In this document: positions 26,052 through 36,775 of the stretch, piece by piece
How positions within the stretch are numbered: the stretch's first letter is position 1
Layout: each line of letters begins with the position of its first letter
Assembly (NCBI GenBank): GCA_016199185.1
Contig: JACQHE010000039.1
Span: 1 to 41,943, forward strand
Length of the DNA stretch: 41,943 bases
Direction of reading: 5' to 3'
Source of the DNA: Candidatus Gottesmanbacteria bacterium
GTDB lineage: Bacteria; Patescibacteriota; Microgenomatia; UBA10105; UBA927
Notes under the pieces: generated by a model
Databases searched by the model: none
What the model was told of the DNA's origin: nothing
What the model saw: only the letters and a program-made list of their open reading frames with translations
Program-made: the position numbers and the translations under genes

Positions 26052-26893
26052 AGCCAAAACAACCAACCGATAAGAAGTCCACGAACGATACTATCATTGC
26101 AACACTCAGAGAGATCGAAAAGACCCATCAGGTGACTATCCTGTATGCGGTAGAGTCCGGAAGCAGGGCGTGGGGATTTGCATCGAAAGACAGCGATTAT
26201 GACATTCGATTCGTGTATCACCATCCTCTGGAATGGTACATCAGCATTGAGGATAAGACCGACGTCATTGAACACCCGATGATCGGCCCGTTGGATATTT
26301 GCGGGTGGGACATACGAAAGGCGCTTGCACTCTACAAAAAATCAAACCCCCCGCTTTACGAATGGCTTGTTTCTCCTATTGTCTATAAAGAAAGAGGCAC
26401 GTTTGCCCAACAGTTACGGTCGCTCATGCCAACGTACTACGCGCCAATCGCAAGCATCCATCACTATTTACATATGGCAAGAGGGAACTATCGACAATAC
26501 CTGCAAGGTAGCGTCGTTTGGGTCAAAAAGTACTTTTATGTTTTGCGCCCCATTTTTGCGTGCATGTGGATTGAACACTACAGCATCCAGGCGCCAATGG
26601 CGTTTATAACAATGCTTGAGAGACTTCCCCTTGATGAGAATGTGAGGGAAGAGGTTTGGCGCCTCTATGAGAGAAAAAAGTTAGGGGAAGAGTTAGATAA
26701 AGGAAACAGAATAGCCGTTCTTAACGATTTTGTAGATGAAAAAATTCAGTATTTTGAAAAATACGCACAAGAAATAAAACCAGAACGGAAGATAAAACTT
26801 GATCCATCACGGTTGGATCGCATCTTATATGACACGTTAAACCAGACTCCCTGGAGCCGCCTACGCCTGCACTCCAAGGAGAATATATGCTAA
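26048..26893 (+). CDS. Pol-beta superfamily nucleotidyltransferase (YcgL/RlaP-like)
   Basis: AVESGSRAWGFASKDSDYDIRF, GWDIRKAL, SNPPLYEWL, KKYFYVLRP. Confidence 0.9.
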   Translation: MKPKQPTDKKSTNDTIIATLREIEKTHQVTILYAVESGSRAWGFASKDSDYDIRFVYHHPLEWYISIEDKTDVIEHPMIGPLDICGWDIRKALALYKKSNPPLYEWLVSPIVYKERGTFAQQLRSLMPTYYAPIASIHHYLHMARGNYRQYLQGSVVWVKKYFYVLRPIFACMWIEHYSIQAPMAFITMLERLPLDENVREEVWRLYERKKLGEELDKGNRIAVLNDFVDEKIQYFEKYAQEIKPERKIKLDPSRLDRILYDTLNQTPWSRLRLHSKENIC

Positions 26894-27068
26894 GGGTTCC
26901 TACCGGCATTATGGAAATTTACATAGATTTGAGAACTTCATGATCCTCAATAAAACCATCCTCATCCCGGAAGATGATCAGACGCTCGAGTTTTTGCTCT
27001 TTGTCTCATCCGCTGTTGTCCCCTCATGCTTATTCTCAAATTCTTAAGAATATGAGAATATGAATTGT

Positions 27069-27551
27069 ATGATCAAAAATGGCAAACTGTTGGTGGTGGC
27101 ACTTTTCGTACCGCAGCTTGCCGGTGCCATCGGCTCTCTCTTTACCGTACCGGCAATTTCGGGCTGGTATGCGGGTCTTGACAGACCAATGTTTTCTCTG
27201 CCTAATTGGGTCTTCGGTCCGGTATGGACGACGCTTTTTCTTCTCATGGGGGTCGCGTTGTATCTCATTTTATTGATACCAAAAAGCGGCGGGAAGGGCC
27301 GGCAGAGGAAGCAGGCAGTCATTCTATTTGGCGTACAGCTCGTCCTTAATACGCTATGGTCGTTTATTTTTTTCGGGTTGCATAGTCCGGGATTAGCCTT
27401 TGTGGAAATCATTTCGTTGTGGATTGCGATTGCCGCCACGATAGGTTCGTTTTATCGATTGTCACGGATAGCTGCGTATTTGTTGATACCCTATATATTG
27501 TGGGTAAGCTTTGCGGCGTTCCTCAACTACGCCATTTGGAGACTCAATTAA
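27069..27551 (+). CDS. tspO: TspO/MBR tryptophan-rich sensory protein
   Basis: WYAGLDRP...PNWVFGPVWT, QLVLNTLWSFIFFG, LIPYILWVSFAAFLN; alternative start at 27060. Confidence 0.93.
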   Translation: MIKNGKLLVVALFVPQLAGAIGSLFTVPAISGWYAGLDRPMFSLPNWVFGPVWTTLFLLMGVALYLILLIPKSGGKGRQRKQAVILFGVQLVLNTLWSFIFFGLHSPGLAFVEIISLWIAIAATIGSFYRLSRIAAYLLIPYILWVSFAAFLNYAIWRLN

Positions 27552-27611
27552 CGGCACAATGCACGCTAGACAACTGCAGGGGACAGAGGGGTTTTGATAT
27601 ACAATACCCCC

Positions 27612-28592
27612 ATGGTGAATTTTTGGCATCAGCTGGCGCTTCAGACGAAACCCTTTCTGACTCTTGCCCCCATGGACGGGGTGACGGACCGGGTGTTCCG
27701 GAAAATGATCGCCGGTACGGCCAAGCCCGACGTATTCTTCACCGAGTTTACCAATACGGAAGCGCTTACCTCCCGGGGCTATGAGAAAACGATCCACCGC
27801 CTCGCGTACTCGGATGGGGAGCATCCGATTGTGGCCCAGATTTGGGGGACGGAGCCTAAGAACTTTTCCGTGGTAGCCCGGCTGGTCCGGGACTTGGGCT
27901 TTGACGGCATTGACATCAATATGGGCTGCCCTGACCGGGCGGTCATGAAGATGGGCTCCGGAGCATCCCTCATCGATAACCCCCCGCTTGCCGCGGCAAT
28001 GATCGTCGCCATCAAACAGGGCGCTCCCGGCATGCCGGTGAGTGTGAAAACACGCATCGGGGCGACCAAAGTGGTGACCTTGGATTGGATACGCTTTCTC
28101 CTCGCCCAAAAGATAGACGCGCTCACCGTCCACGGGAGAACGGCAAAAGAGCTATCGAAAGTCCCGGCGCATTGGGAGGAAATCGGCAAGGCCGTCCGGC
28201 TCCGGGATGAAATAGCTCCCGGTACCGTCATCATCGGCAACGGAGACATCCTTACCCAAATCCAGGCGGCGCAGGCTCATGGGACGTACGGCGTGGACGG
28301 CGTGATGATGGGCAAGGCAGTATTCCAAAATCCCTGGGTGTTTGAGCGGCCGGTCAGGCAGCATAGCGCCGGCGAGTCGCTCGCGCTTCTGGTCCGGCAT
28401 GCCAAACTGTACGCTGATGCCTACCCAGGCGTACATCGGTTTGCTCCGCTTAAAAAATACTTCAAGATCTACGTCCGGTCGTTTCATGGAGCAAATGTGC
28501 TTCTGAAGCGTCTCATGGAAACCGAGAATTTTTCCGAGGTGGAAGAGCTCGTGAAGCCGGAGTTGGACAGGTTGCATGCGTCGGACGGGTGA
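27612..28592 (+). CDS. dus: tRNA-dihydrouridine synthase family protein
   Basis: LAPMDGVTD, DINMGCP, SVKTRIG, TVHGRT, GNGDI, DGVMMG. Confidence 0.93.
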   Translation: MVNFWHQLALQTKPFLTLAPMDGVTDRVFRKMIAGTAKPDVFFTEFTNTEALTSRGYEKTIHRLAYSDGEHPIVAQIWGTEPKNFSVVARLVRDLGFDGIDINMGCPDRAVMKMGSGASLIDNPPLAAAMIVAIKQGAPGMPVSVKTRIGATKVVTLDWIRFLLAQKIDALTVHGRTAKELSKVPAHWEEIGKAVRLRDEIAPGTVIIGNGDILTQIQAAQAHGTYGVDGVMMGKAVFQNPWVFERPVRQHSAGESLALLVRHAKLYADAYPGVHRFAPLKKYFKIYVRSFHGANVLLKRLMETENFSEVEELVKPELDRLHASDG

Positions 28593-28604
28593 TCGATCGA
28601 TCGC

Positions 28605-28632
28605 TTGACAAACGACGAAAGAGAGATATAAT
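28605..28632 (+). promoter_or_regulatory. Sigma70-type promoter of the rpoBC operon
   Basis: TTGACA-16 nt-TATAAT. Confidence 0.8.
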
Positions 28633-28725
28633 ACCCTTACTTCAATAGCCTGAAAGAGGCGAACGCTCATTGTTTGCTTCTTTTTGTCGTTCACTTTTAT
28701 CGGCTCGCGAGGGGAATTATCCGAA

Positions 28726-31700
28726 ATGGCAAACGACGACAGCATTATTCAGCGCGTTTCCTGGGGAAAAGCGTATACGAACCTTCCACCTCTTGATCTT
28801 GTCCTCGTGCAACGCGAGTCGTACCAATGGTTTTTGGAAACCGGCATCCGCGAACTTCTGGATGAAGTGACGCCTGTTGTGGACTTTACCGGAAAAAACT
28901 GGGAGCTTATCTTCGGTGATTATTACTTCGGCAAGCCGCGACTGTCCAGCGAAACCGCGCGGGAGAAGGGCTTGACCTTTGACATGCCGCTGAAAGTGAC
29001 CACCACACTCACCAACAAACAGACCGGTCACCGCGTGACGCAGGAAGTCTTTTTAGGCGATATTCCGGCGATGACGGATAACGGCACATTCATCATCAAC
29101 GGCATCGAGCGATGCGTGGTCAATCAGCTGGTGCGTAGCCCCGGCATTTATTTTACGGGCCAGGTGGATCCCTCCACCGGCAGGATGCTCTATACGGCGG
29201 AGATCCGGCCGCTTCATGGTAGCTGGCTTGAGTTTGCTATCACCAGAAACGACGTCCTCATGGTCAGGATCGACCGAAGGCGTAAGTTTCCGGCGACCAC
29301 GTTTCTGCGGGCTATCGGCGTCTCTGACGAAGCGGAGATACGAAAGGTTTTTGCCAACGTAGATACGGATAAAGAACACTCCTACATCGACGCGACCATC
29401 AAGAAAGACCTCACGACGTCGCAGATTGAGGCTACGCTTGAGCTCTATAAAAAACTTCGCCCTGGTGAGCCGATTGTTCTGGATAACGCGCAGGAACTCT
29501 TGCGCACCATGTTTTTTGATTACCGCCGGTATTCCCTGGAGCGTGTAGGCCGCTATAAGATGAACAAGAAACTGGGGGTGTCCGTGCCGCTGGACCGCGA
29601 GCACTGGGTGTTGACCCGCGAAGATATCATCGGCAGCGTGGGTTACCTCATCGGGCTTGCCAACGGCAACGGCGACGTGGATGACATAGACCACCTGGGC
29701 AACCGAAGGGTCCGGCGCGTGGGGGAGCTGGTTGCAACCAACGCCTTTCGCGTGGGGCTTCTCCGGCTCGAGCGCTCAATCCGCGAGAAGATGAGTCTGG
29801 CCGGCGCAGCGGCGACTGACCTTACGCCCTCGCAGCTTGTGAACGCCCGGCCTATTATTGCCGCCATCAACGATTTTTTCCGCACGAGCCAGCTATCTAC
29901 CATTCTTGATCAGACGAATCCGTTGGCGGAAATCGACAACCTCCGTCGCTTGACCGTTATGGGCATCGGCGGCATCAGCCGGGAGCGCGCGTCGTTTTCC
30001 ATCCGAGACATCAATGCAAGCCAGTACGGCCGGATCTGCCCGGTGAGAAGCCCAGAAGGACCAAATATTGGCCTTGTTACCTATATGGCCCTCTATACCA
30101 GGGTCAATGAGTACGGATTTTTGGAAGCACCGTATCGGAAAGTGGAAAAAGTGGAAGAGAGTGGGCACGCGCGCGTGCGCGTCACCGACCAGATCGTGTA
30201 TTTGTCTGCAGATGATGAACAGCATCACCATGTGACTCACGCGAGCGTGGCGATGGATGATCGTGGATATCTAACAGACGAACGCGTGCCGGTCCGATAC
30301 AAAGGAGAGTTTTTGGAAGCGGAAACCAAGCTTGTTGAGTACATCGATGTGGTACCGCGTCAGGTCGTCGGCGCCCCCGCGTCGCTTATTCCGTTTTTAG
30401 CGCATGATGAAGCTAACCGCGCGCTCATGGGAACTCACATGCAATCACAGGCGGTGCCGCTGGTCGCGCCGCAGACGCCGGTCGTGGGGACGGGTATGGA
30501 AGCATCTATTTCCCGCGCCATGGGCCGCGTGGTCGTTGCGCCGGATGATGCGGTTGTCGCGTTTGCCGACGCAAAGAAAGTGACGATTCGGATGAAAGAT
30601 GCTCAGGAGGAGACCTACGCGGTTGAGAAGTTCAAGCGCACAAGCCAGTCTACCAGCTACAACCAGCGCGTGGTGGTGCGTACCGGCGATAAAGTGAAAA
30701 AGGGCGCAATCCTCATCGACGGCCCATCCAGCGAAAACGGAGAGCTTGCGCTGGGAACCAATGTTGTGGTGGCATACATGAGCTACGATGGACTAGGCTA
30801 CGAAGACGCCATCGTCATCTCCGACCGGCTGGTCAAGGAAGACCAGTTCACCTCGATTAACATCGAGGAGTACGAAGCAAGCGTCGTGGACACCAAGCTT
30901 GGGGTAGAGGAAACGACGCGGGACATCCCCAACGTGGGGGAGGAGGCGCTTCGCAATCTGGACGAGGATGGCATCGTGGTCGTGGGCGCTGAAGTCGGCC
31001 CCAATGACATTTTGGTTGGCAAGATTGCGCCGAAAGGTGAGACGGAACTTACTGCAGAAGAGCGGCTGCTTCGGGCAATTTTCGGCGAGAAAGCGCGAGA
31101 AGTGCGCGATACGAGTCTTCGGATGCCGCACGGGGAGCGCGGGACGGTCATCGACGTCAAGATTCTGGATAAAGATGCCGGAGACGAGCTCGAGCCGGGG
31201 ACCAACAGAAAAATTGTCGTGAAAGTCGCCCAGATACGCAAAGTAGTCGTGGGAGACAAGCTCGCCGGCCGCCACGGCAATAAAGGCGTCATCAGTAAAA
31301 TCGTGCCCCAAGCAGACATGCCGTACCTAGCCGATGGCACCACGGTAGATCTCATCATTTCTCCTTTGTCTGTCCTTTCTCGTATGAACTTGGGGCAGCT
31401 TCTGGAGTGTCATTTGGGCTTGGCGGCTCAAAAACTCAACATTCGGGTGGGACTGCCGGTGTTTGAGCCGGTTAAAGAAGACTACATTGTCCAGAAGCTC
31501 CAAGAAGCCGATCTTCCGATGGGCGGCAAAACGACGTTGTTTGACGGCAGGACGGGCGAAGCGTTTAAAGAGCCCATTGTCGTGGGTATCGGCTACATCA
31601 TGAAGCTTATCCACATGGTGGAAGATAAAACCCACGCGCGCTCGACCGGCCCGTATTCTCTGGTCACCCAGCAGCCTCTCGGAGGCAAAGCCCAGATGGG

Positions 31701-32073
31701 AGGACAGCGGCTGGGGGAGATGGAAGTATGGGCGCTTGAAGCGCATCGTGCTGCGCATGTCCTTCAGGAAATGTTGACGATTAAATCCGACGACGTCGTG
31801 GGCCGAGCAAAAGCATTTGAGGCTATCGTTAAAGGCACGGATATCCCGGCATCCACAGTTCCGGAATCTTTTAAAGTGCTGGTCAAAGAGCTCCAGGCCT
31901 TGGGGCTTCATGTTATTCCCACCGGCGTGGTCACTGCCAAACCCAAGCCGATTTCCGATCAAGCCCAGCCCAGCAGCGCCGCTCTTGCTGACGATCAGAC
32001 GAAGAAACAGGCAGCGGAGCTTGCCGCAGCAAGCGTGGTCGAAGCAGTCGTAGAGGAGAACACCAATGGATAA
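28726..32073 (+). CDS. rpoB: RNA polymerase beta subunit
   Basis: GTFIINGIER, DDIDHLGNRRVR, PEGPNIGL, GDKLAGRHGNKG, GGQRLGEMEVWALE. Confidence 0.98.
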   Translation: MANDDSIIQRVSWGKAYTNLPPLDLVLVQRESYQWFLETGIRELLDEVTPVVDFTGKNWELIFGDYYFGKPRLSSETAREKGLTFDMPLKVTTTLTNKQTGHRVTQEVFLGDIPAMTDNGTFIINGIERCVVNQLVRSPGIYFTGQVDPSTGRMLYTAEIRPLHGSWLEFAITRNDVLMVRIDRRRKFPATTFLRAIGVSDEAEIRKVFANVDTDKEHSYIDATIKKDLTTSQIEATLELYKKLRPGEPIVLDNAQELLRTMFFDYRRYSLERVGRYKMNKKLGVSVPLDREHWVLTREDIIGSVGYLIGLANGNGDVDDIDHLGNRRVRRVGELVATNAFRVGLLRLERSIREKMSLAGAAATDLTPSQLVNARPIIAAINDFFRTSQLSTILDQTNPLAEIDNLRRLTVMGIGGISRERASFSIRDINASQYGRICPVRSPEGPNIGLVTYMALYTRVNEYGFLEAPYRKVEKVEESGHARVRVTDQIVYLSADDEQHHHVTHASVAMDDRGYLTDERVPVRYKGEFLEAETKLVEYIDVVPRQVVGAPASLIPFLAHDEANRALMGTHMQSQAVPLVAPQTPVVGTGMEASISRAMGRVVVAPDDAVVAFADAKKVTIRMKDAQEETYAVEKFKRTSQSTSYNQRVVVRTGDKVKKGAILIDGPSSENGELALGTNVVVAYMSYDGLGYEDAIVISDRLVKEDQFTSINIEEYEASVVDTKLGVEETTRDIPNVGEEALRNLDEDGIVVVGAEVGPNDILVGKIAPKGETELTAEERLLRAIFGEKAREVRDTSLRMPHGERGTVIDVKILDKDAGDELEPGTNRKIVVKVAQIRKVVVGDKLAGRHGNKGVISKIVPQADMPYLADGTTVDLIISPLSVLSRMNLGQLLECHLGLAAQKLNIRVGLPVFEPVKEDYIVQKLQEADLPMGGKTTLFDGRTGEAFKEPIVVGIGYIMKLIHMVEDKTHARSTGPYSLVTQQPLGGKAQMGGQRLGEMEVWALEAHRAAHVLQEMLTIKSDDVVGRAKAFEAIVKGTDIPASTVPESFKVLVKELQALGLHVIPTGVVTAKPKPISDQAQPSSAALADDQTKKQAAELAAASVVEAVVEENTNG

Positions 32074-35000
32074 AAAGAGCATGTTTACTAACATCGTCGA
32101 CTTTTCCGGTCTTAGAGTGACCTTGGCATCGTCGGAGGATATCAAAACATGGTCCTACGGCGAGGTCACCAAACCGGAAACTATCAACTACCGTACGCTC
32201 AAGCCGGAAAAAGACGGCCTGTTTGACGAGCGGATTTTCGGCCCAACCAAGGACTGGGAGTGTTACTGCGGCAAGTACAAAAGGATCCGTTACCGCGGGA
32301 TCGTGTGCGACAAATGCGGCGTTGAAGTCACCCAGAGCAAAGTCCGTCGCGAGCGCATGGGGCACATTTCTTTGGCCGTCCCCATCTGCCATGTCTGGTT
32401 TTTTAAGGGTGCGCCGTCCAAACTATCGCTTCTTCTTGACGTTAGTCCACGGGCTCTGGAAGGCGTTATCTACTTTGCCCAGTATCTTGTGACTGATGTA
32501 GATGACCAGAAGAAAAAAGATGTTCTCAAAAATTTGGTAGATGCAGGAAAAAAGCGCGTAGATGAGGCGGAGGCCGTGTATAACGATGAGGTTGAGAAGC
32601 GCAAAAGCCAGTTTACCGCCCAGCGCGAAGAGATTCGCGCCAAGGGCCTGGGCAAAGAAGCCGTAGACGTAGCCCTTTCGGAGATTGCCCTCAAAGAGCG
32701 GCAGGAATTGGCCATGCTTTCGGATAAGAAAGAAGAAGAGGCAGGAAAGATCAACGAAATCATCGACTCGCTCGTGGGCATTGTCAAGACTATCAGGCCC
32801 TTAACGACCCTTACCGAAGACGAGTATCTCCGGCTGCTGGAGTACGACGCAGCAGAAAGCTTTCGCGTGGACATGGGAGCAGAAGCAGTCCTTTCCGTCG
32901 TCAAAAAGCTGGATCTGGATAAGCTGGCTGCAGATCTGCGTGAGGAAATTGCCAAGACCACCGGCCAGCGCCACATCAAGGCAACCAAGCGCCTACGCGT
33001 CATCGACGGCATCAGAAAAGCCGGCATTGATCCGTCTTGGATGGTCCTTAAAACTCTTCCGGTCATCCCGCCGGATCTTCGGCCCATGGTGCAGTTAACC
33101 GGCGGCCGGTTCGCAACGAGCGACCTCAACGACCTGTATCGGCGCGTCATCAATCGCAATAATAGGCTCAAGCACCTCATGGACTTGGGCGCGCCGGAGA
33201 TCATTCTGCGAAACGAAAAGCGCATGCTTCAGGAGGCGGTCGATAGCCTCATCGATGCGACGCAGCGCCCCAGTTCACGCGCCGTCATCGCGCCTTTGCG
33301 CTCGCTTTCGGATATGCTGCGGGGCAAGCAAGGCCGGTTCCGCCAGAATCTCCTGGGTAAACGCGTGGACTACTCCGGCCGTTCCGTCATCGTCGTGGGG
33401 CCCGAGCTTAACCTCACGCAGTGCGGCATCCCCAAGGAAATGGCTTTGGAAATGTTCAAACCCTTTGTACTTCGCGAGCTTATCGTGCGCGGGATTGCGC
33501 CCAATGTCAAAAACGCCAAGACGGTTCTCGAGCGCCGGACTCCCGAGGTGTTTGATATCTTAGAGGAAATCACCAAAAACCACCCCGTACTCCTTAACCG
33601 TGCGCCGACCCTCCATAAGCTGGGCATCCAGGCATTTTATCCTATTCTCATAGAAGGGTCGGCCATCCGCATCCACCCGTGCGTGTGCGCCGGGTACAAC
33701 GCGGACTTTGACGGCGATCAGATGGCGGTTCACATTCCGCTGTCCAAACAAAGCCAGGATGAGGCCGTTCACCTCATGCTGCCGACCCATAACCTTCTCA
33801 AGCCGGCTGACGGCTCTCCCATCACCGTGCCCAACAAAGAAATGGTTTTGGGCTGTTACTACATCACTACGGTGGATGATGCGTACGGCGGCAAGCCGGA
33901 AAAAGATTTCCCCCGCTTGAGCAACGCGCAGGAAGCAGTCTACGCCTATCAGATCGGATCGCTAGGACTGCGGCAGCCCATCCGCGTGAGGATTGAGGGC
34001 AAAGAGCTCGTGACCACGGTCGGCAAGATTCTGTTTAACGAGGTGTTGCCCAAAGAGCTTCGGTTCATCAACACGCCGGTGAAGGCCGCCACCGTCAAAA
34101 AGCTCATCACGCAGGCGCTGGTTCACTATTCCAAGGAGGAAGTGGTGGGGGTCATTGATGCGGTCAAAAACATCGGTTTCTGGGGTGCCACCCAATGCGG
34201 CGGGCTCTCCGTTTCCGTCTTTGACGGGATCATTATCCCCGAGAAAGACGCAATCGTCCGGGAAGCAGAAGGGAAAGTCACCGAAATAGACGCCAACTAC
34301 CAGCAGGGCCTCATTACGCTTGAGGAAAAGAAACGGCTGGGCAACGAAATCTGGATCGAGGTGACCGAGCGGCTTGCGGATTTCACCTGGAACGCGCTTC
34401 CCTCGCACAACTCGATGAAGATGATCATCGAATCCGGAAGCGCCCGGGCGTCGAAGGATTACTTAAAGCAGCTTTCCGCGATCAAAGGATTGGTGGTGGA
34501 TCCTTTGGGCAAGATCGTTGAGCTTCCCACCAAGAGTAACTACCGGGAGGGGCTATCGATTTTTGAGTACGTCACCAGCACCCGCGGGTCCCGGAAAGGT
34601 TTGACCGATTCAGCCTTAAAGACGGCCGACGCCGGTTACCTCACGCGCAGGCTCGTGGACGTGTCTCACGACGCGATTATCCGCATGGAGGACTGCGGCA
34701 CCCGGGAGGGCTGGGAGATAGCACGCGATGAAGACCGGCAAGCTGCGTTTACCTCGCGATTGGTGGGCAGGTTTGCCGCTTCTGACCTGGTCGTGCCCGG
34801 AGGCAAAAAAGTACTCGTCACTGCAGGCGAGGAGATTACCGAAGCGCATATCAAGCATTTAGATGAGCACGAGGTAAACGCCCTCGCCGTCCGTTCACCC
34901 ATAGCATGCCAGGCCCCGGTGGGGCTTTGTCAGAAGTGTTACGGGAAAGATTACGCGACCAATGAACTTGTAGCCATCGGCACACCGGTCGGCGTTATTG

Positions 35001-35791
35001 CCGCCCAGTCCATCGGCGAGCCGGGTACGCAGTTGACCATGCGGGTCCGTCATGCCGGCGGTATCGTTGGTCTGGACGTGACGCAGGGGTTGCCCCGCGT
35101 GGAGGAGCTCTTTGAGATCCGCACCCCGCGGGCGCTCTCTCCGATTACGGAGATAGCAGGCAAGGTGGAGGTTACCGAGACGGAGTCAGGCTACAAAGTA
35201 AGGGTCCGAAATACAACCCTTAAGCCTCCGGAAGAGCGAGAGTACGTCGTACCGCTCACCAGCGAACTCAAAGTCAAAGACGGGGGATTGGTGGCCTCGG
35301 GTGATCAATTGGCAAGCGGGAGCCTGGATATCAAAGAAGTGCTCCAGGTCAGGGGTCTTCGGGGCGCCCAAAAGTATCTGATTACCGAGATCCAGCGCGT
35401 CTACGAGTCCCAGGGCATCGGCATTGCGGACAAGCACTTTGAAGTGATTGTCAGAAAAATCAGCGACAAGGTCAGAGTCGACAGCAGTGGTGACACGACG
35501 CTTCTTCCCGGAGAGCTCGTGGACCGCACGCGCTTCCAGGAAGAAAACGCCAGAGTTCTCTCTGAAGGAGGCGAACCGGCCACCGCCCAGGTCGTCATTC
35601 TTGGGATCACGAGGGCGAGCTTGTTTACCGAGTCGTGGCTCTCCGCTGCCTCATTCCAGGAGACGACCAATGTGCTCACCGACGCAGCGCTGGCCGGCCG
35701 GGAGGACAAATTGCTGGGGCTAAAGGAAAATGTTATCATCGGCAGACTCATTCCGGTCACGGAAGAGAGTGCACGCTATGCCAACCATTAA
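32066..35791 (+). CDS. rpoC: RNA polymerase beta' subunit
   Basis: Zn finger CYCGKYK...[36 protein letters not shown]. Confidence 0.98.
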   Translation: MDKKSMFTNIVDFSGLRVTLASSEDIKTWSYGEVTKPETINYRTLKPEKDGLFDERIFGPTKDWECYCGKYKRIRYRGIVCDKCGVEVTQSKVRRERMGHISLAVPICHVWFFKGAPSKLSLLLDVSPRALEGVIYFAQYLVTDVDDQKKKDVLKNLVDAGKKRVDEAEAVYNDEVEKRKSQFTAQREEIRAKGLGKEAVDVALSEIALKERQELAMLSDKKEEEAGKINEIIDSLVGIVKTIRPLTTLTEDEYLRLLEYDAAESFRVDMGAEAVLSVVKKLDLDKLAADLREEIAKTTGQRHIKATKRLRVIDGIRKAGIDPSWMVLKTLPVIPPDLRPMVQLTGGRFATSDLNDLYRRVINRNNRLKHLMDLGAPEIILRNEKRMLQEAVDSLIDATQRPSSRAVIAPLRSLSDMLRGKQGRFRQNLLGKRVDYSGRSVIVVGPELNLTQCGIPKEMALEMFKPFVLRELIVRGIAPNVKNAKTVLERRTPEVFDILEEITKNHPVLLNRAPTLHKLGIQAFYPILIEGSAIRIHPCVCAGYNADFDGDQMAVHIPLSKQSQDEAVHLMLPTHNLLKPADGSPITVPNKEMVLGCYYITTVDDAYGGKPEKDFPRLSNAQEAVYAYQIGSLGLRQPIRVRIEGKELVTTVGKILFNEVLPKELRFINTPVKAATVKKLITQALVHYSKEEVVGVIDAVKNIGFWGATQCGGLSVSVFDGIIIPEKDAIVREAEGKVTEIDANYQQGLITLEEKKRLGNEIWIEVTERLADFTWNALPSHNSMKMIIESGSARASKDYLKQLSAIKGLVVDPLGKIVELPTKSNYREGLSIFEYVTSTRGSRKGLTDSALKTADAGYLTRRLVDVSHDAIIRMEDCGTREGWEIARDEDRQAAFTSRLVGRFAASDLVVPGGKKVLVTAGEEITEAHIKHLDEHEVNALAVRSPIACQAPVGLCQKCYGKDYATNELVAIGTPVGVIAAQSIGEPGTQLTMRVRHAGGIVGLDVTQGLPRVEELFEIRTPRALSPITEIAGKVEVTETESGYKVRVRNTTLKPPEEREYVVPLTSELKVKDGGLVASGDQLASGSLDIKEVLQVRGLRGAQKYLITEIQRVYESQGIGIADKHFEVIVRKISDKVRVDSSGDTTLLPGELVDRTRFQEENARVLSEGGEPATAQVVILGITRASLFTESWLSAASFQETTNVLTDAALAGREDKLLGLKENVIIGRLIPVTEESARYANH

Positions 35792-36215
35792 CCAACTCGT
35801 GAGAATTGGACGCGGCCGCAAGGCCAAGAAAGTGAAAGTCATGGCGCTTCGGAAGTTCTTTAACGCCCGGGAGCGCGTCACCAAGCAGCTCACCGCGCCG
35901 TTTAAGCGGGGAGTGGTCACGCTGGTTAAAACCATGACGCCCAGGAAGCCCAACTCGGCGCTTCGGAAAGTCGCCCGCGTCCGGCTCTCCAATAAGCAGG
36001 AAGTGACAGCCTACATCCCCGGCATCGGCCACGAACTCACCGAGCATGCGATCGTTTTGGTCCGCGGCGGTCGGGTTGCCGATCTTCCCGGCGTCCGGTA
36101 TCACATCGTTCGGGGGAAATACGACATGACGGGGGTGGTGGGCCGCAGGCAAGGCCGGAGCCGCTACGGCACGAAATCCGGGGCACCCGGCCCGGCCACG
36201 GCGGCAGCAAGTTAG
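35778..36215 (+). CDS. rpsL: 30S ribosomal protein uS12
   Basis: [29 protein letters not shown]; overlaps the end of rpoC by 14 nt. Confidence 0.97.
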   Translation: MPTINQLVRIGRGRKAKKVKVMALRKFFNARERVTKQLTAPFKRGVVTLVKTMTPRKPNSALRKVARVRLSNKQEVTAYIPGIGHELTEHAIVLVRGGRVADLPGVRYHIVRGKYDMTGVVGRRQGRSRYGTKSGAPGPATAAAS

Positions 36216-36301
36216 AAGTACACAAAGAAGTACAAAGTACAAAGTCAAAAGTACAAAGTATTAAACACTTTGTACTCTGTACTCTTGACTCTTGACTCTT
36301 T
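36216..36301. repeat. Heptamer-periodic imperfect hairpin (AGTACAA/AGTCAAG family, copy 2)
   Basis: aaagaagtacaaagtacaaagtcaaaagtacaaagt - attaaac - actttgtactctgtactcttgactcttgactcttt; abuts the rpsG ATG. Confidence 0.9.
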
Positions 36302-36775
36302 ATGCGAGGAAAACGAGTTACCAGAAAACTTCTTCCGGCCGATCCCATCTATGGGAATCGGCTTTTGACGCGGCTTGTCAACCGTATCATGGAGCGCGGC
36401 AAAAAGCGTGTTGCCGAGGCGCTTGTTTATCGGGCGCTTGAGATCATTAAGGAAAAGGGCGAGGATCCCATAAAAGTTTTTGAGACAGCCGTGGGCACGA
36501 TTGGCCCCAAGATGGAAGTGCGGCCTCGGCGCGTGGGCGGCGCGTCCTACCAGGTGCCGGTGGAAGTGCGTGGCGACCGGCGCGTATCGTTGGCTCTCCG
36601 GTGGCTCGTCGCATTTGCCCATAAGCGAGCGAGCCGCGAGTACAAAACCTACGCAGACAAGCTCGCGGCAGAACTTCTGGATGCGGCCAAAGGAGTGGGG
36701 GAAGCCATTAAAAAGCGCGATACCGTGCAACGCATGGCAGAAGCCAATCGTGCGTTCGCACACTTTAAGTGGTAA
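36302..36775 (+). CDS. rpsG: 30S ribosomal protein uS7
   Basis: EVRPRRVGGASYQVPVEV, MAEANRAFAHF. Confidence 0.97.
   Translation: MRGKRVTRKLLPADPIYGNRLLTRLVNRIMERGKKRVAEALVYRALEIIKEKGEDPIKVFETAVGTIGPKMEVRPRRVGGASYQVPVEVRGDRRVSLALRWLVAFAHKRASREYKTYADKLAAELLDAAKGVGEAIKKRDTVQRMAEANRAFAHFKW

Larger units (their letters stand above)
19309..26893. other. AT-rich defence-like accessory island
   Basis: Visibly AT-richer than the flanks from about 19.98 kb; contains DUF3800, R-M, Abi/HEPN-like, Bro-N and nucleotidyltransferase genes; no integrase seen; boundaries approximate. Confidence 0.6.

Noticed and set aside
19309..26893. Prophage or integrative element
   Set aside because: The excisionase-like HTH and Bro-N genes are suggestive, but no integrase, structural genes, tRNA target or island-spanning att repeats were seen.
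28591..28603. GATC tandem (gatcgatcgatcg) before the rpoB promoter
   Set aside because: Too short to distinguish from chance, and there is no evidence of Dam-type regulation.
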